Below are positions 25,401 through 39,621 of a DNA stretch of 64,000 nucleotides, piece after piece. Each line of letters starts with the position of its first letter. Position 1 is the stretch's first letter. The stretch comes from Paragordius varius (lineage: Eukaryota; Animalia; Nematomorpha), in the NCBI GenBank assembly GCA_964247055.1, contig OZ176050.1, positions 15,166,784-15,230,783 of the forward strand, written 5' to 3'. Position numbers and translations under genes: made by a program. The notes beneath the pieces were generated by a model. The model ran no database searches and was not told the DNA's origin. It saw only the letters and a list, made by a program, of their open reading frames with translations.

Positions 25401-28400
25401 TTAGGATAGATGGAGTTAGGAATGTTGGACAACTGATTTTGATGTAACTGTGCTATTGGATTATCGTATATTAAGTTTGCATCCATCCGTCACCGAAACC
25501 ACCCCTTTTCAGTTTTAGGATAGATGGAGTTAGGAATGTTGGACAACTGATTTTGATGTAACTGTGCTATTGGATTATCGTATATAGAGTTTACATCCCT
25601 CCGTCACCGAAAACACCCCTTTTCAGTTTTAGGATAGATGGAGTTAGGAATGTCGGACAACTGATTTTAACTGTGCTAATGGATTATCGTATATAGAGTT
25701 TACATCCATCCGTCACCGAAACCACCCCTTTTCAGTTTTAGGATAGATGGAGTTAGGAATGTTGGACAACTGATTTTGATGTAACTGTGCTATTGGATTA
25801 TCGTATATAGAGTTTACATCCATCCGTCACCGAAACCACCCCTTTTCAGTATTAGGATAGATGGAGTTAGGAATGTTGGACAACTGATTTTGATGTAACT
25901 GTGCTATTGGATTATCGTATATAGAGTTTACATCCCTCCGTCACCGAAAACACCCCTTTTCAGTTTTAGGATAGATGGAGTTAGGAATGTCGGACAACTG
26001 ATTTTAACTGTGCTAATGGATTATCGTATATAGAGTTTACATCCATCCGTCACCGAAACCACCCCTTTTCAGTTTTAGGATAGATGGAGTTAGGAATGTT
26101 GGACAACTGATTTTGATGTAACTGTGCTATTGGATTATCGTATATTAAGTTTACATCCATCCGTAACCGAAACCACCCCTATTCAGTATTAGGATAGATG
26201 GAGTTTGGAATGTTGGACAACTGATTTTGATGTAACTGTGTTAATGGATTTATTAAGTTTACATCCATCCGTCACCGAAACCACCCCTTTTCAGTATTAG
26301 GATAGATGGAGTTAGGAATGTTGGACAACTGATTTTGATGTAACTGTGCTATTGGATTATCGTATATAGAGTTTACATCCATCCGTCACCGAAACCACCC
26401 CTTTTCAGTATTAGGATAGATGGAGTTAGTTGGACAACTGATTTTGATGTAACTGTGCTATTGGATTATCGTATATAGAGTTTACATCCATCCGTCACCG
26501 AAACCACCCCTTTTCAGTATTAGGATAGATGGAGTTAAAAATGTTGGACAACTGATTTTGATGTAACTGTGTTAATGGATTATCGTATATTGAGTTTACA
26601 TCCATCCGTCACCGAAACCACCCCTTTTCAGTATTAGGATAGATGGAGTTAGGAATGTTGGACAACTGATTTTGATGTAACTGTGTTAATGGATTATCGT
26701 ATATTAAGTTTACATCCATCCGTCACCGAAACCACCCCTTTTCAGTATTAGGATAGATGGAGTTAGTTGGACAACTGATTTTGATGTAACTGTGCTATTG
26801 GATTATCGTATATAGAGTTTACATCCATCCGTCACCGAAACCACCCCTTTTCAGTATTAGGATAGATGGAGTTAGGAATGTTGGACAACTGATTTTGATG
26901 TAACTGTGCTATTGGATTATCGTATATAGAGTTTACATCCATCCGTCACCGAAAACACCCCTTTTCAGTTTTAGGATAGATGGAGTTAGGAATGTCGGAC
27001 AACTGATTTTAACTGTGCTATTGGATTATCGTATATAGAGTTTACATCCATCCGTAACCGAAACCACCCCTTTTCAGCATTAGGATAGATGGAGTTAGGA
27101 ATGTTGGACAACTGATTTTGATGTAACTGTGCTATTGGATTATCGTATATAGAGTTTACATCCATCCGTCACCGAAACTACCCCTTTTCAGTATTAGGAT
27201 AGATGGAGTTAGGAATGTTGGACAACTGATTTTGATGTAACTGTGCTATTGGATTATCGTATATAGAGTTTACATCCATCCGTCACCGAAAACACCCCTT
27301 TTCAGTTTTAGCAGTATTAGGATAGATGGAGTTAGGAATGTTGGACAACTGATTTTGATGTAACTGTGCTATTGGATTATCGTATATAGAGTTTACATCC
27401 ATCCGTCACCGAAAACACCCCTTTTCAGTTTTAGGATAGATGGAGTTAGGAATGTCGGACAACTGATTTTAACTGTGCTATTGGATTATCGTATATAGAG
27501 TTTACATCCATCCGTCACCGAAAACACCCCTTTTCAGTTTTAGGATAGATGGAGTTAGGAATGTCGGACAACTGATTTTAACTGTGCTATTGGATTATCG
27601 TATATAGAGTTTACATCCATCCGTAACCGAAACCACCCCTTTTCAGTATTAGGATAGATGGAGTTAGTTGGACAACTGATTTTGATGTAACTGTGCTATT
27701 GGATTATCGTATATAGAGTTTACATCCATCCGTCACCGAAACCACCCCTTTTCAGTATTAGGATAGATGGAGTTAGGAATGTTGGACAACTGATTTTGAT
27801 GTAACTGTGCTATTGGATTATCGTATATAGAGTTTACATCCATCCGTCACCGAAAACACCCCTTTTCAGTTTTAGGATAGATGGAGTTAGGAATGTCGGA
27901 CAACTGATTTTAACTGTGCTATTGGATTATCGTATATAGAGTTTACATCCATCCGTAACCGAAACCACCCCTTTTCAGCATTAGGATAGATGGAGTTAGG
28001 AATGTTGGACAACTGATTTTGATGTAACTGTGCTATTGGATTATCGTATATAGAGTTTACATCCATCCGTCACCGAAACTACCCCTTTTCAGTATTAGGA
28101 TAGATGGAGTTAGGAATGTTGGACAACTGATTTTGATGTAACTGTGCTATTGGATTATCGTATATAGAGTTTACATCCATCCGTCACCGAAAACACCCCT
28201 TTTCAGTTTTAGCAGTATTAGGATAGATGGAGTTAGGAATGTTGGACAACTGATTTTGATGTAACTGTGCTATTGGATTATCGTATATAGAGTTTACATC
28301 CATCCGTCACCGAAAACACCCCTTTTCAGTTTTAGGATAGATGGAGTTAGGAATGTCGGACAACTGATTTTAACTGTGCTATTGGATTATCGTATATAGA

Positions 28401-31400
28401 GTTTACATCCATCCGTCACCGAAAACACCCCTTTTCAGTTTTAGGATAGATGGAGTTAGGAATGTCGGACAACTGATTTTAACTGTGCTATTGGATTATC
28501 GTATATAGAGTTTACATCCATCCGTAACCGAAACCACCCCTTTTCAGTATTAGGATAGATGGAGTTAGGAATGTTGGACAACTGATTTTGATGTAACTGT
28601 GCTATTGGATTATCGTATATAGAGTTTACATCCATCCGTCACCGAAACCACCCCTTTTCAGTTTTAGGATAGATGGAGTTAGGAATGTTGGACAACTGAT
28701 TTTGATGTAACTGTGTTAATGGATTATCGTATATTAAGTTTACATCCATCCGTAACCGAAACCACCCCTATTCAGTATTAGGATAGATGGAGTTAGGTTT
28801 GTTGGACAACTGATTTTGATGTAACTGTTCTATTGGATTATCGTAAATTAAGTTTACATCCATCCGTAACCGAAACCACCCCTATTCAGTATTAGGATAG
28901 ATGGAGTTAGGAATGTTGGACAACTGATTTTGATGTAACTGTGTTAATGGATTTATTAAGTTTACATCCATCCGTCACCGAAACCACCCCTTTTCAGTAT
29001 TAGGATAGATGGAGTTAGGAATGTTGGACAACTGATTTTGATGTAACTGTGCTATTGGATTATCGTATATAGAGTTTACATCCATCCGTCACCGAAACCA
29101 CCCCTTTTCAGTATTAGGATAGATGGAGTTAGTTGGACAACTGATTTTGATGTAACTGTGCTATTGGATTATCGTATATAGAGTTTACATCCATCCGTCA
29201 CCGAAACCACCCCTTTTCAGTATTAGGATAGATGGAGTTAGAAATGTTGGACAACTGATTTTGATGTAACTGTGTTAATGGATTATCGTATATTCAGTTT
29301 ACATCCATCCGTCACCGAAACCACCCCTTTTCAGTATTAGGATAGATGGAGTTAGGAATGTTGGACAACTGATTTTGATGTAACTGTGTTAATGGATTAT
29401 CGTATATTAAGTTTACATCCATCCGTCACCAAAACCACCCCTTTTCAGTATTAGGATAGATGGAGTTAGTTGGACAACTGATTTTGATGTAACTGTGCTA
29501 TTGGATTATCGTATATAGAGTTTACATCCATCCGTCACCGAAACCACCCCTTTTCAGTATTAGGATAGATGGAGTTAGTTGGACAACTGATTTTGATGTA
29601 ACTGTGCTATTGGATTATCGTATATAGAGTTTACATCCATCCGTCACCGAAACTACCCCTTTTCAGTATTAGGATAGATGGAGTTAGGAATGTTGGACAA
29701 CTGATTTTGATGTAACTGTGCTATTGGATTATCGTATATAGAGTTTACATCCATCCGTCACCGAAAACACCCCTTTTCAGTTTTAGTATAGATGGAGTTA
29801 GGAATGTCGGACAACTGATTTTAACTGTGCTATTGGATTATCGTATATAGAGTTTACATCCATCCGTAACCGAAACCACCCCTTTTCAGCATTAGGATAG
29901 ATGGAGTTAGGAATGTTGGACAACTGATTTTGATGTAACTGTGCTATTGGATTATCGTATATAGAGTTTACATCCATCCGTCACCGAAACTACCCCTTTT
30001 CAGTATTAGGATAGATGGAGTTAGGAATGTTGGACAACTGATTTTGATGTAACTGTGCTATTGGATTATCGTATATAGAGTTTACATCCATCCGTCACCG
30101 AAAACACCCCTTTTCAGTTTTAGCAGTATTAGGATAGATGGAGTTAGGAATGTTGGACAACTGATTTTGATGTAACTGTGCTATTGGATTATCGTATATA
30201 GAGTTTACATCCATCCGTCACCGAAAACACCCCTTTTCAGTTTTAGGATAGATGGAGTTAGGAATGTCGGACAACTGATTTTAACTGTGCTATTGGATTA
30301 TCGTATATAGAGTTTACATCCATCCGTCACCGAAAACACCCCTTTTCAGTTTTAGGATAGATGGAGTTAGGAATGTCGGACAACTGATTTTAACTGTGCT
30401 ATTGGATTATCGTATATAGAGTTTACATCCATCCGTAACCGAAACCACCCCTTTTCAGTATTAGGATAGATGGAGTTAGGAATGTTGGACAACTGATTTT
30501 GATGTAACTGTGCTATTGGATTATCGTATATAGAGTTTACATCCATCCGTCACCGAAACCACGCCTTTTCAGTTTTAGGATAGATGGAGTTAGGAATGTT
30601 GGACAACTGATTTTGATGTAACTGTGTTAATGGATTATCGTATATTAAGTTTACATCCATCCGTAACCGAAACCACCCCTATTCAGTATTAGGATAGATG
30701 GAGTTAGGAATGTTGGACAACTGATTTTGATGTAACTGTTCTATTGGATTATCGTATATTAAGTTTACATCCATCCGTAACCGAAACCACCCCTTTTCAG
30801 TTTTAGGATAGATGGAGTTAGGAATGTTGGACAACTGATTTTGATGTAACTGTGCTATTGGATTATCGTATATTAAGTTTGCATCCATCCGTCACCGAAA
30901 CCACCCCTTTTCAGTTTTAGGATAGATGGAGTTAGGAATGTTGGACAACTGATTTTGATGTAACTGTGCTATTGGATTATCGTATATAGAGTTTACATCC
31001 CTCCGTCACCGAAAACACCCCTTTTCAGTTTTAGGATAGATGGAGTTAGGAATGTCGGACAACTGATTTTAACTGTGCTAATGGATTATCGTATATAGAG
31101 TTTACATCCATCCGTCACCGAAACCACCCCTTTTCAGTTTTAGGATAGATGGAGTTAGGAATGTTGGACAACTGATTTTGATGTAACTGTGCTATTGGAT
31201 TATCGTATATAGAGTTTACATCCATCCGTCACCGAAACCACCCCTTTTCAGTATTAGGATAGATGGAGTTAGGAATGTTGGACAACTGATTTTGATGTAA
31301 CTGTGCTATTGGATTATCGTATATAGAGTTTACATCCCTCCGTCACCGAAAACACCCCTTTTCAGTTTTAGGATAGATGGAGTTAGGAATGTCGGACAAC

Positions 31401-34074
31401 TGATTTTAACTGTGCTAATGGATTATCGTATATAGAGTTTACATCCATCCGTCACCGAAACCACCCCTTTTCAGTTTTAGGATAGATGGAGTTAGGAATG
31501 TTGGACAACTGATTTTGATGTAACTGTGCTATTGGATTATCGTATATTAAGTTTACATCCATCCGTAACCGAAACCACCCCTTTTCAGTTTTAGGATAGA
31601 TGGAGTTAGGAATGTTGGACAACTGATTTTGATGTAACTGTGCTATTGGATTATCGTATATTAAGTTTACATCCATCCGTCACCGAAACCACCCCTTTTC
31701 AGTTTTAGGATAGATGGAGTTAGGAATGTTGGACAACTGATTTTGATGTAACTGTGCTAATGGATTATCGTATATAGAGTTTACATCCATCCGTCACCGA
31801 AACCACCCCTTTTCAGTTTTAGGATAGATGGAGTTAGGAATGTTGGACAACTGATTTTGATGTAACTGTGCTATTGGATTATCGTATATTAAGTTTACAT
31901 CCATCCGTAACCGAAACCACCCCTTTTCAGTATTAGGATAGATGGAGTTAGAAATGTTGCACAACTGATTTTGATGTAACTGTGTTAATGGATTATCGTA
32001 TATTGAGTTTACATCCATCCGTCACCGAAACCACCCCTTTTCAGTATTAGGATAGATGGAGTTAGGAATGTTGGACAACTGATTTTGATGTAACTGTGTT
32101 AATGGATTTATTAAGTTTACATCCATCCGTCACCGAAACCACCCCTTTTCAGTATTAGGATAGATGGAGTTAGGAATGTTGGACAACTGATTTTGATGTA
32201 ACTGTGCTATTGGATTATCGTATATAGAGTTTACATCCATCCGTCACCGAAACCACCCCTTTTCAGTATTAGGATAGATGGAGTTAGTTGGACAACTGAT
32301 TTTGATGTAACTGTGCTATTGGATTATCGTATATAGAGTTTACATCCATCCGTCACCGAAACCACCCCTTTTCAGTATTAGGATAGATGGAGTTAGGAAT
32401 GTTGGACAACTGATTTTGATGTAACTGTGCTATTGGATTATCGTATATAGAGTTTACATCCATCCGTCACCGAAACCACCCCTTTTCAGTATTAGGATAG
32501 ATGGAGTTAGAAATGTTGCACAACTGATTTTGATGTAACTGTGTTAATGGATTATCGTATATTGAGTTTACATCCATCCGTCACCGAAACCACCCCTTTT
32601 CAGTATTAGGATAGATGGAGTTAGGAATGTTGGACAACTGATTTTGATGTAACTGTGTTAATGGATTATCGTATATTAAGTTTACATCCATCCGTCACCG
32701 AAACCACCCCTTTTCAGTATTAGGATAGATGGAGTTAGTTGGACAACTGATTTTGATGTAACTGTGCTATTGGATTATCGTATATAGAGTTTACATCCAT
32801 CCGTCACCGAAAACACCCCTTTTCAGTTTTAGGATAGATGGAGTTAGGAATGTCGGACAACTGATTTTAACTGTGCTATTGGATTATCGTATATAGAGTT
32901 TACATCCATCCGTAACCGAAACCACCCCTTTTCAGCATTAGGATAGATGGAGTTAGGAATGTTGGACAACTGATTTTGATGTAACTGTGCTATTGGATTA
33001 TCGTATATAGAGTTTACATCCATCCGTCACCGAAACTACCCCTTTTCAGTATTAGGATAGATGGAGTTAGGAATGTTGGACAACTGATTTTGATGTAACT
33101 GTGCTATTGGATTATCGTATATAGAGTTTACATCCATCCGTCACCGAAAACACCCCTTTTCAGTTTTAGGATAGATGGAGTTAGGAATGTCGGACAACTG
33201 ATTTTAACTGTGCTATTGGTCGTATATAGAGTTTACATCCATCCGTAACCAAAACCACCCCTTTTCAGCATTAGGATAGATGGAGTTAGGAATGTTGGAC
33301 AACTGATTTTGATGTAACTGTGCTATTGGATTATCGTATATAGAGTTTACATCCATCCGTCACCGAAACTACCCCTTTTCAGTATTAGGATAGATGGAGT
33401 TAGGAATGTTGGACAACTGATTTTGATGTAACTGTACTATTGGATTATCGTATATAGAGTTTACATCCATCCGTCACCGAAAACACCCCTTTTCAGTTTT
33501 AGCAGTATTAGGATAGATGGAGTTAGGAATGTTGGACAACTGATTTTGATGTAACTGTGCTATTGGATTATCGTATATAGAGTTTACATCCATCCGTCAC
33601 CGAAAACACCCCTTTTCAGTTTTAGGATAGATGGAGTTAGGAATGTCGGACAACTGATTTTAACTGTGCTATTGGATTATCGTATATAGAGTTTACATCC
33701 ATCCGTCACCGAAAACACCCCTTTTCAGTTTTAGGATAGATGGAGTTAGGAATGTCGGACAACTGATTTTAACTGTGCTATTGGATTATCGTATATAGAG
33801 TTTACATCCATCCGTCACCGAAAACACCCCTTTTCAGTTTTAGGATAGATGGAGTTAGGAATGTCGGACAACTGATTTTAACTGTGCTATTGGATTATCG
33901 TATATAGAGTTTACATCCATCCGTAACCGAAACCACCCCTTTTCAGTATTAGGATAGATGGAGTTAGGAATGTTGCACAACTGATTTTGATGTAACTGTG
34001 CTATTGGATTATCGTATATTCTGTTTACATCCATCCGTCACCGAAACCGCGACGTTTCAGTATGAGGATGGATG
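22468..34074. repeat. Satellite array of about 100 x 114-bp units (11.6 kb) with higher-order structure
   Basis: Consensus TTACATCCATCCGTCACCGAAACCACCCCTTTTCAGTATTAGGATAGATGGAGTTAGGAATGTTGGACAACTGATTTTGATGTAACTGTGCTATTGGATTATCGTATATAGAGT, with period 114 measured between 22861 and 22975. Recurrent -5, -5, -7 and +9 bp indel variants. Confidence 0.97.
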
Positions 34075-35080
34075 AAAATGAATTATTGTTAAAATTAAAA
34101 AAACATTAAATTTGATAAAATGATTGTTGCTCAAATTATAGGAGTTCATGCTTATAACAATTATTAACTAGATTAAAAATTCTATTACCAAATATTTGGC
34201 GGTCAAAACATTAAAATAAAAGACAAATTTTTTTATTAAAAACAACCATACTTTTCATAACCTAGATATCGTTGTTTTAGCTATTTCGTATGTGTAGTTA
34301 CGCCATATTGCAAGATATTTCCCACAAATTATATAATTGCAAAAGTTATATAATTGAGATAATTCCCGGTTTCACATAAAAAGATGATAAATTTAAAGGG
34401 AATTAAGAGAAGATATGGTTAATTTTTTTAAAAAATTATTTTTTAACACGTTGTCTTTGCAGTGAAAATTACTCTAAATTTTTGCTCAATAATGAATAAA
34501 AAATGGTAAATTCATTTCAAAGTATTACCCTATATCCAAGATGATAACTTATAATAGCTTAATTTTTAGGAAATATTTTTAAAACTTTTAGCTTGATATC
34601 TACTTACTTTAGAGCTCTCATATTTACATGAAAATCAAATATTCTATTTCTTTAAATTGGCTATAATACTATATAACATATGATATTCATAATAAAAAAT
34701 TAGATTGGGCAGAAGTATGAATTTTTTATAAATATTAATAAATGGAAATTTGTTTTACTGATTATACATGTCTTTATAAAGAATTATTATAGGCCTAAAA
34801 GTTAATCACACAACAATATAAGGGCTATCTGTGGTCGATAAATGTTTCATTAGTTTTTGTAAGCTCATCAAGGAGGTCAAGGATTAATTTTTTAATTTAA
34901 CACAATAGATTCCCACATCAAGTGGATTATTTAAATTTCACTAACAACGTATACTTTGTGTCTAATTAAATAATTAAAAAGGAGATTCATCATCACGCTT
35001 TTTATCTAACAAAATTAACTGATAAATATCTTCATGTGTTAATTATAATAAAATTTATTACATAAAACATGATCAATTAA

Positions 35081-38000
35081 TTAATTTCCTTTAAAAATTG
35101 GTTTCCTTTTTTCAGTAATTGCTTTTAAGCCTTCCAATCTGTCGTTTGAATAAATGACCTAAATATTATGAAATTTATTATAGACAAATTGTTCAATGGC
35201 ATATTTAATTATTGGAATTTTACGTACAGTTTCATAACAAGTTCTTTCAATTTCTAAACCATTTTCTATTGTTGTGTCCATTCCTTCATCTATGGCTTTT
35301 TTAGCACAACGAATACTCAAAGGACTCTACAAAAATAAAGCAAAGTTTTAAAAGTATAATTTATAAGACCAAAGGTTGAAACTAATGATTTGTCCCAAAT
35401 CAATAGAAAAAAATCGACTAACACAAGCTTAATTAATTATCTCATTCAAAAACCTCTTTTAAATTTTACATTATGGTAAATAATAATATATTTGGATATA
35501 TATTTAGCTGAATTTACACAATTTTGTAAAATTTGAGTTGCTAATTCCAGGGATCTCTCGTAAGCTGGGAAAATGATATTACTATGTTCGTTTGAATTCT
35601 CTATTATAATAAATGAGCTATAATTATAAAAAATGATTAAAAATTTGTAATCTAATCGGATATAGACATATTTACTATTTTTCACCGGTTCCAAGTAATA
35701 TTTATGACCTTTTGTTTTACATATTCCAAAAAATGTCAAGAAAGTCAAATTATGGATAAACAAGCAAAACGTAAAATAAAGATAAATATTTCTTCTCAAA
35801 AGATAACCATACTTTTTAAGTCTAAAATTTTCCTTTATAATTATTTAGTCAAAATCGTTATATATTTAATTGATTATGTTTGCATATACATCTCTGTTTC
35901 ATAATTACCAATTTAACAATGAGTTATAATTAAAAATTCGAGATTAAAAAAGTATTGTTGTCTTTTGAAAAAAAATGTTTGCCTTTAAATTTTTAAGTTT
36001 TGCCCGTATAAATTCTACTTTCACTGCATATACCAAAACAAAGGAATTAGATTAATAGAGATTCAGGTAAAAAATTGGAAAAAAGTAACTTTTAAAATAA
36101 ACATATTCCTTAAATCGTTAATTGAATTATTAACCGCCTCTAAAATAAGCATAATAATTTTGGTCAAATAATTGGTGGTTCCAAAAGGGTTTAAGTTAAG
36201 TGTTTGAATTAAAAACCTGTCTTAGGTGTCTCGTCAATTTTAATGGATTGATTGACTAAACCCAGCTGTTGGGCTAATTGTCCATCAATAATAGAAGCGG
36301 CGAAAATGAGTTCTTTAGCTTTAAGAGTGCCAATCAGTCTTGCTAATCTTTGGGTTCCACCTTCAATTATTATAAAGGAAAATAATTCTTAAAAATTGGG
36401 TAGTCATAGGAAAAGGAAAAGCTCCTTGACATAAATAAATATTAGTGCTTCCTAACCTTTTTTGTTGAGGCCCCAACAAATTAAATATAAATATTCTTGC
36501 GCCCCCTCTTATAAAATCCAAGATGAAATGTAAAATATTTTATATTCTCATCCCAATCAATGAGATCCCTATATTTGCATTTTTGAAATATTTTTTCCAT
36601 ATCCTAAATTATGATGCGCAGTGAAATTTTTCGATTAGTTTAAAGTTTTATTAAATTGAATTCTCCAAATTATTCGCGTTGAAAAGCACTGTGCTAAAGC
36701 CTTTATTAAGCGCAAAGATTTAGTAAAATTTGAACAAAATGAACCTAAATGATAATAAAAGGGTTATTAGAATTTTTATTTAAATTTAATTATCGAATTC
36801 ATCGTTAACATATATTCAAAGCTATACCTGCTCCAGGAATGATGCCTAATTTCGTTTCAACTAAACCAAGCTTAGAAGTGTCAGCTATAGTAATATTTAT
36901 TAAATAAAAGTTTCTATACAGTAAAAATTAATGCTAAATATAAGATATTAAATATAACCCTTATGATTAATGTTAAAATATGTGATAGGTTTTTCTTTTT
37001 TGCAAAAACTATAAACAAAGGATAAAAATGGTCGTTTTTTATTTAAATAAATATTTACTTATTTATTTAACATTCTCTCTTTACAATAAATAAATTCAAA
37101 TAAAAAAGTATATAAAATACTGGTTATTCTCATATCAGCTGATAGGGCCAATTCTAAACCCCCACCAAAAGCTGAACCATCTATAGCCGCAATCGTTAAT
37201 TGAGGAAGTCGATAGAAACGTTGGAAAAGATTGCGCATTTTTTGAACATGATCTCCGACCCGTTCTATTGGCATAAATGTTCTTTCTTTAAGATCTGCCC
37301 CTAAAAAATCATTGAAATATTTGATTGCTACAAATAACAATCAAAATAGAAATAACCAAGTTGAAAAAAATCAATATTTTATTAAGAAAAGCATAATATT
37401 TGTTTTATATATAACCTAACGTGTGATTACATTGTAAAGTAAATTTGAAATTAGAATTTTTACTGATGGCTTTTGACGAATATCTTCATTCTAATTTCTA
37501 TACAGACAAAAATATCGTTTAAGAATCAGCTTTCTAACAATAATACTAAATAAACTTATTAGAGGTGGAGATTACGAATCTACATTATCTGATTATGTTC
37601 CACTCATATTTAGGATAAAATTCTCAAATGAAAATGAAACATTATAAAAGAATTCGTAAAAAAATTTTCAACATTCAAAACAAATTTTCACATATTTATC
37701 ATTTAAATTATTCCTTTTCGTGGTTTACTGAACCAAATAAAATCTCGAAAAACTTAAAAAGACTATGAACGAAATACGTTACAGAGCTCGGATCTAGCTC
37801 AAAAAAGTGGAGCCAATAATTAATGGGTTCTTTTTTCTTAAGAATTAAATATTTTTAATTAATGGGAAAAAGACCTGAGCAAAAAACACCGGGAACAAGG
37901 CTACGTAAGATGATTGCATGACAATTAGTTTCTTTTGAAGCGGTTTCAACGTGATTCGACATCTATATTAATTTTGAAACTAAATAAAATTACATTTTAA

Positions 38001-38228
38001 AAGTTATTAGCTTTATTCAGATAATATGGATTAAATTAGCAGTACTAAATCGAGCATTTCTAAGTTTAAGGCATTTTTTACAGTTGGTCTGTTTAATTCA
38101 ATAGCATAAATTCCTACAATAATTTTAGATATACCTAAATTTTTATCTATTATTTTGAAAGTGCATATATTCTTCACACTTCCTGTGTCAAATTTTTGAG
38201 TCATGGAGTAAAATAATTTTAAACGCAT
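35081..38228 (-). CDS. AUH: Methylglutaconyl-CoA hydratase (AUH-like mitochondrial enoyl-CoA hydratase), about 284 aa
   Basis: Exons 38228-38135, 38113-38046, 37962-37875, 37300-37121, 36884-36828, 36360-36217, 35564-35518, 35326-35228, 35158-35081 (TAA), all phase-consistent. Motifs [56 protein letters not shown] (both catalytic Glu) and [19 protein letters not shown] match the AUH subfamily of crotonases. Confidence 0.9.
35740..36026. mobile_element. Family A MITE, diverged, in an AUH intron
   Basis: CAAAACGTAAAATAAAGATAAATATTTCTTCTCAAAAGATAACCATAC ... GTTTTGCCCGTATAAATTCTACTTTCACTG. Confidence 0.65.
36440..36680 (+). repeat. Dispersed repeat, with a second copy at ~43945-44150
   Basis: Shared GCCCCA.CAAAT..AAA.TAAA.ATTCTTGCG.CCCCTCT, AAAATCCAAGAT, TCCCAATCAAT.AGATCCCTATAT and AAATATTTTTCCATATC. 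Confidence 0.65.
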
Positions 38229-39621
38229 TTAAATTATCTCATGCGAGACGATTTTTTTATAGTAAATCATATGCTAAACCTAAAAAATTATATTAGTCTA
38301 GTTTATAAAGCTCTATTTGTTGTCGTATTAAAAAAATTCCATATGTATAAAGACTATGAGGTAGTATTCCATTAAGTAACAATTACAATTATGACAAAAT
38401 ACAAATAAATTTAATATCAGGCTGCTCGCTTTATTTTTTATAACTTTTCATTAAATATGTTTAAAATTGTTGCAAAATTTTTTAAGATTGTAAACTACAA
38501 AAAATAAGCTGACGAAATTTATATTCTGATAGAAAAATATATCAAAATTATGATGGTGCTTTTGGTTTTGAACCTTATGAGTGATATAAAAAGTTATTTA
38601 TACTTTTGTGGTGAAAAATGGCAAAATTTGAGCAAATTATTTGTAATAAAACTTTTAATGAAAGCTGATTTCCATATTCCAAAAAACACTAAATATATCA
38701 TAAACTACCTATAAAGGCAAACCTATATTTTTACAATAATTTAATTTTTAGATGTTGGCTGCGTCACATTTTTTCCCTCTTCTAAAATGAGATAGTGCTT
38801 CTAGAATCAACGCAATTCCGGGATTGCGCCATATAATATTTAAATAAAATATTTTGATGTAAAAAAAATATTGATAAAAAAATACATAATTTTAGGAAAA
38901 TTGTATTGTATTTAAACATTGTCTTTATATTTTTACGTTTTGTTCGTATTTAAGTTTTTACTGTATTTTATCAATATTGTTATAATTTTGTATAAACATT
39001 GTTATGGTGCTATTCGGCTTTTTTCATTGGCACTAAATAAATCAGCCCAATTTAGAAGGGCCTTATTACATTTATTCAGGTTTAAATAAATGTATTAAAA
39101 TTAAGCCTTAATTATATCAAAAAAAAATTTGAATGTACCACATTTTCCTAAAACCGACCTTCTTATTAACACCATTCCTTAATCTCGACAACCATACTTT
39201 GAAAAGTATCTTTACAATGATTATACATTTCATACTTAAACCTACTTTGTGCATATGCATACACATAAATATTCATCAGTATTTCCACGTTCTAATATTT
39301 TGGACCACCGTTAGTAATAAAGAATTTTATGATTGTAATTTATGCAGATGCTGTTATTTAATACGCTCTTTCTAAATAGTTGGTTTATCACGAATCATTC
39401 TTAATCAAAAAGCTGTGATAATCTACGTTATTTCAAAATTATTTTGTGTATGGTATAAGTGGGAATACGAAGAGCAGAAATGATTTAATAGTTTTATTTA
39501 CCAAAATTACTGAATAACTTAACCTTAGCCAAGTTCGAATAAATACTTTATTAAATATTATTTACAAAGTATTTTAAAATATTTATTAATGGTATGGCAA
39601 AATATAGGTTTGAATATATTT

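Noticed and set aside
22457-32018. 38-aa repeat ORFs in the satellite (MDVNLIYDNPIAQLHQ...KGWFR), including the idea of TGA read-through or a neuropeptide-like KRGFGDGW motif
   Set aside because: Most units have TGA in that frame, and the common -5 and -7 bp variants shift the frame, so coding selection is not evident. The ORFs appear only where a TGA-to-TTA/TGG variant occurs.
22468-34074. CRISPR-like array
   Set aside because: Units are head-to-tail with no unique spacers, the context is eukaryotic, and there are no cas genes.
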